Origin: Sulfurospirillum sp.
GTDB taxonomy: Bacteria; Campylobacterota; Campylobacteria; Campylobacterales; Sulfurospirillaceae
Direction: 5' to 3'
DNA length: 64,000 nt
NCBI GenBank assembly: GCA_045047115.1
Contig: JASFYR010000005.1
Location: 45,660-109,659 of the forward strand
In this document: positions 61,040 to 64,000 of the stretch, piece after piece
How the letters are laid out: the number at the start of each line of letters is the position of its first letter
How positions within the stretch are numbered: the stretch's first letter is position 1
The notes under the pieces: model-generated
What the model was told of the DNA's origin: nothing
The model's input: only the letters and a program-made list of their open reading frames with translations
Databases searched by the model: none
Translations under genes and position numbers: made by a program

Positions 61040-63846
61040 TGATAAAAATATATGGTGCAAAAGAGCATAATCTTAAAAATATAACCTTACAAATTCCAAA
61101 GAATAAGCTAGTTGTTGTTACCGGTCTTAGTGGGAGTGGAAAGAGCACATTGGCTTTTGATACACTTTATGCAGAGGGACAAAGAAGATATATAGAATCT
61201 CTTTCTTCATATGCAAGACAGTTTTTAGATAGAGTTGGAAAACCCGATGTTGACAAGATAGAAGGGCTTACTCCGGCCATTGCAATAGATCAAAAGACAA
61301 CCAGTAAAAATCCTCGCTCAACTGTAGGAACTATAACAGAGATATACGACTACTTTAGACTTCTGTACGCCAGAGTAGGTACGCAGTATTGTCACAAGTG
61401 CGGAAAACCTATCTCTTCAATGAGTGATGCCGATATAGTTGAACAGATACTAAAACTTCCTCAAAATTCCAAATTGGTACTTATGGCTCCTCTTGTAAGG
61501 GAAAAAAAGGGTTCATTTGCAGATTTGATTGAGTCCCTTAGACATAAAGGATATGTCAGGGCGATGGTCGATGGTGTGATGATCAGGCTTGATGAAGAGA
61601 TGGAGCTCAGTAAAACAAAAAAACATACTATCAAAGTAGTGGTTGATCGAGTTATTCTAAGGCAGGACAATGAAAATAGAATAGCAAGTGATATTGAAAA
61701 AGCACTAAAAGAGAGCTATGGAGAGATAGAGGTTGAGATTTTAAATGCTGATGAGGTAGGGCTAAAAAGCTCTTTGATTCACTACAGTGAGCACAGAGCA
61801 TGTTTTGATTGCAAGATCAGTTTTGATCTTCTTGAGCCACTCTCTTTTTCATTTAACTCACCAAAGGGGGCCTGTCCTGTTTGTGATGGGTTAGGCATTA
61901 GATATACGCTTGATATGAAAAAAATCATTGATGTTGATAGAAGTGTAGATGAGGGTGCTATAAAGATATTTTACGGTTTTAATAAAAGCTACTACGCAAA
62001 ATTTCTGAAAGCTTTTTGCGAAGCAAGTGGCATAGATACCAAGACTCCTTTTGCAAAACTTGAAGAGCATCAAAAAAAAGCAATTTTACACGGTGGTGTA
62101 GAAGACGCGGTTTTTACCTGGAAGAGGCACAGGCTTAGAAAAAAATTTGACGGCGTTATAAAGATAGCATATAATATGCTCAAAGATGAAAAAGATATAG
62201 GTGAATATATGAGTGAAAAAGTTTGTGACAATTGCGGAGGTCATAGACTGAAAAAAGAGCATTTGGCAGTCAAAGTTGGAGGCAAAGATATAGGTGATAT
62301 ATTGGAGATGCCGATTGATAAAACTTTGGAATTTTTCCAAAATGAGAAAAATTTTGAATACTTTAGCGTGCAACAAAAGATGATAGCAGAGCCGATTTTA
62401 AAAGAGGTCAGGGAGAGGCTCTTTTTTCTATACAATGTAGGTTTGGGATATATCTCTCTTGGAAGAGATGCAAGGAGCATCAGTGGTGGAGAGGCTCAAA
62501 GGATAAGGATAGCTTCGCAGATAGGAAGTGGATTGACAGGTGTTATGTATGTGTTGGATGAGCCAAGTATCGGTTTGCACGAGAGAGATACGCTCAAATT
62601 AATAAAGACACTCAGGGATCTGCAGAAAAAAGGCAACAGTGTCATAGTAGTTGAACATGACAAAGAGACGATAGAGGCGGCGGATTTTATAGTCGACATC
62701 GGTCCGGGAGCTGGAAAGTTTGGCGGAGAAATTATATTTAGTGGAAGTTTTAAAGAGTTAAAACAGAGTAATACTCTGACTGCTCAGTATCTAAATGGTG
62801 CTAAAAGTATAGAGTACAAGCACGATACTCCTCAAAACAGATGGATAGAGTTAAAAAATGTAAATATAAACAATATCAAAAATCTAGATGTAAAAATCCC
62901 TTTGGGAAATCTGGTCAGTATAACAGGAGTCAGCGGGAGTGGAAAAAGCTCTCTTATCCTTCAGACTCTTCTCCCTGTTGCCAAAGAGTTGTTGAACAGA
63001 GCAAGAAAAGTAAAAAAAGTCTCAGGCGTAGAGTGTTTAGGGTTAGAGCAACTAGATAAGGTGATATATCTAGACCAAAGTCCCATAGGACGAACTCCAA
63101 GGAGCAACCCGGCTACTTATACAGGCGTGATGGACGAGATAAGAGTGCTTTTTTCAAAGACAAAAGAGGCGCAACTAAGAGGCTATAAGATAGGAAGATT
63201 CTCTTTTAATGTTAAAGGTGGAAGATGTGAAAAGTGCCAAGGTGAGGGTGAAATCAAGATAGAGATGCACTTTTTGCCTGATATTTTGGTGAAATGTGAT
63301 ACATGCAGAGGTAAAAGATACAATGCTCAAACTTTAGAGATACTGTATCGTGGTAAATCCATAGCAGACGTATTGGAGATGAGCGTAGAAGAGGCGTATG
63401 AGTTTTTCAAGCCGATTCCAAAGATAAGACAGATACTCCAAACTCTTTGTGATGTAGGGTTAGGATACATAACACTCGGACAAAATGCAGTAACACTCAG
63501 CGGTGGTGAGGCTCAGAGGATAAAGCTTTCTAAAGAGTTGAGTAAGCGAGATACGGGAAATACTCTGTATATACTAGATGAGCCGACAACAGGATTGCAC
63601 TTTGTAGATATAGACAGACTTACAAAAGTTTTACACCATCTTAGAGATTTAGGCAATAGTGTATTGGTTATTGAGCATAATATGGATATAATAAAAAATA
63701 GTGATTTTGTTATAGATATGGGTCCGGAGGGCGGTAATTACGGTGGAAAGATAGTAGCTGTCGGAACTCCGGAACAGTTGGCAAAAGATTACAAAAAAAC
63801 AAAAAGTTTTACGGGAAAATTTTTAGCAAAAGAGATAATCGTATAA
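61039..63846 (+). CDS. uvrA: Excinuclease ABC subunit A
   Basis: GLSGSGKSTLAFDT, GVSGSGKSSL, two SGGEAQR signatures, zinc fingers. Confidence 0.99.
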   Translation: MIKIYGAKEHNLKNITLQIPKNKLVVVTGLSGSGKSTLAFDTLYAEGQRRYIESLSSYARQFLDRVGKPDVDKIEGLTPAIAIDQKTTSKNPRSTVGTITEIYDYFRLLYARVGTQYCHKCGKPISSMSDADIVEQILKLPQNSKLVLMAPLVREKKGSFADLIESLRHKGYVRAMVDGVMIRLDEEMELSKTKKHTIKVVVDRVILRQDNENRIASDIEKALKESYGEIEVEILNADEVGLKSSLIHYSEHRACFDCKISFDLLEPLSFSFNSPKGACPVCDGLGIRYTLDMKKIIDVDRSVDEGAIKIFYGFNKSYYAKFLKAFCEASGIDTKTPFAKLEEHQKKAILHGGVEDAVFTWKRHRLRKKFDGVIKIAYNMLKDEKDIGEYMSEKVCDNCGGHRLKKEHLAVKVGGKDIGDILEMPIDKTLEFFQNEKNFEYFSVQQKMIAEPILKEVRERLFFLYNVGLGYISLGRDARSISGGEAQRIRIASQIGSGLTGVMYVLDEPSIGLHERDTLKLIKTLRDLQKKGNSVIVVEHDKETIEAADFIVDIGPGAGKFGGEIIFSGSFKELKQSNTLTAQYLNGAKSIEYKHDTPQNRWIELKNVNINNIKNLDVKIPLGNLVSITGVSGSGKSSLILQTLLPVAKELLNRARKVKKVSGVECLGLEQLDKVIYLDQSPIGRTPRSNPATYTGVMDEIRVLFSKTKEAQLRGYKIGRFSFNVKGGRCEKCQGEGEIKIEMHFLPDILVKCDTCRGKRYNAQTLEILYRGKSIADVLEMSVEEAYEFFKPIPKIRQILQTLCDVGLGYITLGQNAVTLSGGEAQRIKLSKELSKRDTGNTLYILDEPTTGLHFVDIDRLTKVLHHLRDLGNSVLVIEHNMDIIKNSDFVIDMGPEGGNYGGKIVAVGTPEQLAKDYKKTKSFTGKFLAKEIIV

Positions 63847-63901
63847 GCTTTAGTGACATATAAATTAGTAGGAAATTTATTTTCTTATTAGGATGGTAAT
63901 A

Positions 63902-64000
63902 AAACAGTAAAATTCTTGGCGATAGCCATAGCAAAAGGGCGAGGAATTTTTGCGGAATTCACTTCCGTATAGGATAAACAGTAAAATTCTTGGCGATAGC
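63902..64000 (+). repeat. Structured intergenic element, tandem copies with 74-bp period, cut by the window end
   Basis: 63902-63926 equals 63976-64000 (25 bp); 63939-63969 equals 319-349 (31 bp). Confidence 0.85.

Noticed and set aside
63902..64000. Start of a CRISPR array (25-bp repeat, 49-bp interval, AT-rich leader)
   Set aside because: The apparent spacer contains 31 bp identical to the dispersed element at 319-349, so a tandem element is more likely. The window end prevents a final decision.

Overview
AT-rich bacterial chromosome window from a Campylobacterota (Epsilonproteobacteria) organism, probably a Sulfurospirillum-like or related chemolithotroph (inferred from gene order, TGnTAAAAT promoters and aclBA). 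Most of it is core genome on the + strand: xseB-nitrilase-dapC-murC-mutS2-dapE, ATP citrate lyase aclBA, pyk, rplU-rpmA-obgE-proB-fmt-birA-parAB, atpF'FHAGDC, tol-pal, slyD, fabD, mtnN, recO, gltBD, accD-rlmH-dksA-dusB, fliO-fliN and uvrA. There are two accessory patches. The first (about 16.2-24.1 kb) holds yccF, a decayed ABM gene, two small membrane proteins, a nucleosidase / SplB-like radical SAM / SDR / NosD operon, a Fur-boxed FTR1 permease and AMMECR1/MEMO. The second (about 56.2-58.2 kb) holds palindromic elements, an FNT channel and an internally deleted nitrite reductase. The most interesting signals are: (1) a family of short structured intergenic elements (262-365, 43572-43743, 63902 to window end) that, where both flanks are visible, sit at translation-start junctions, repeat the start context, carry their own SD and form a coupled mini-ORF; (2) an apparently leaderless radical-SAM operon whose SplB-like enzyme seems to lack the canonical H-donor Cys; (3) an in-frame deletion in nirA; (4) an ATT start codon for rlmH. 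No rRNA, tRNA, CRISPR array, transposase or integrase was recognised. All calls are by eye from motifs and synteny; no searches were run.
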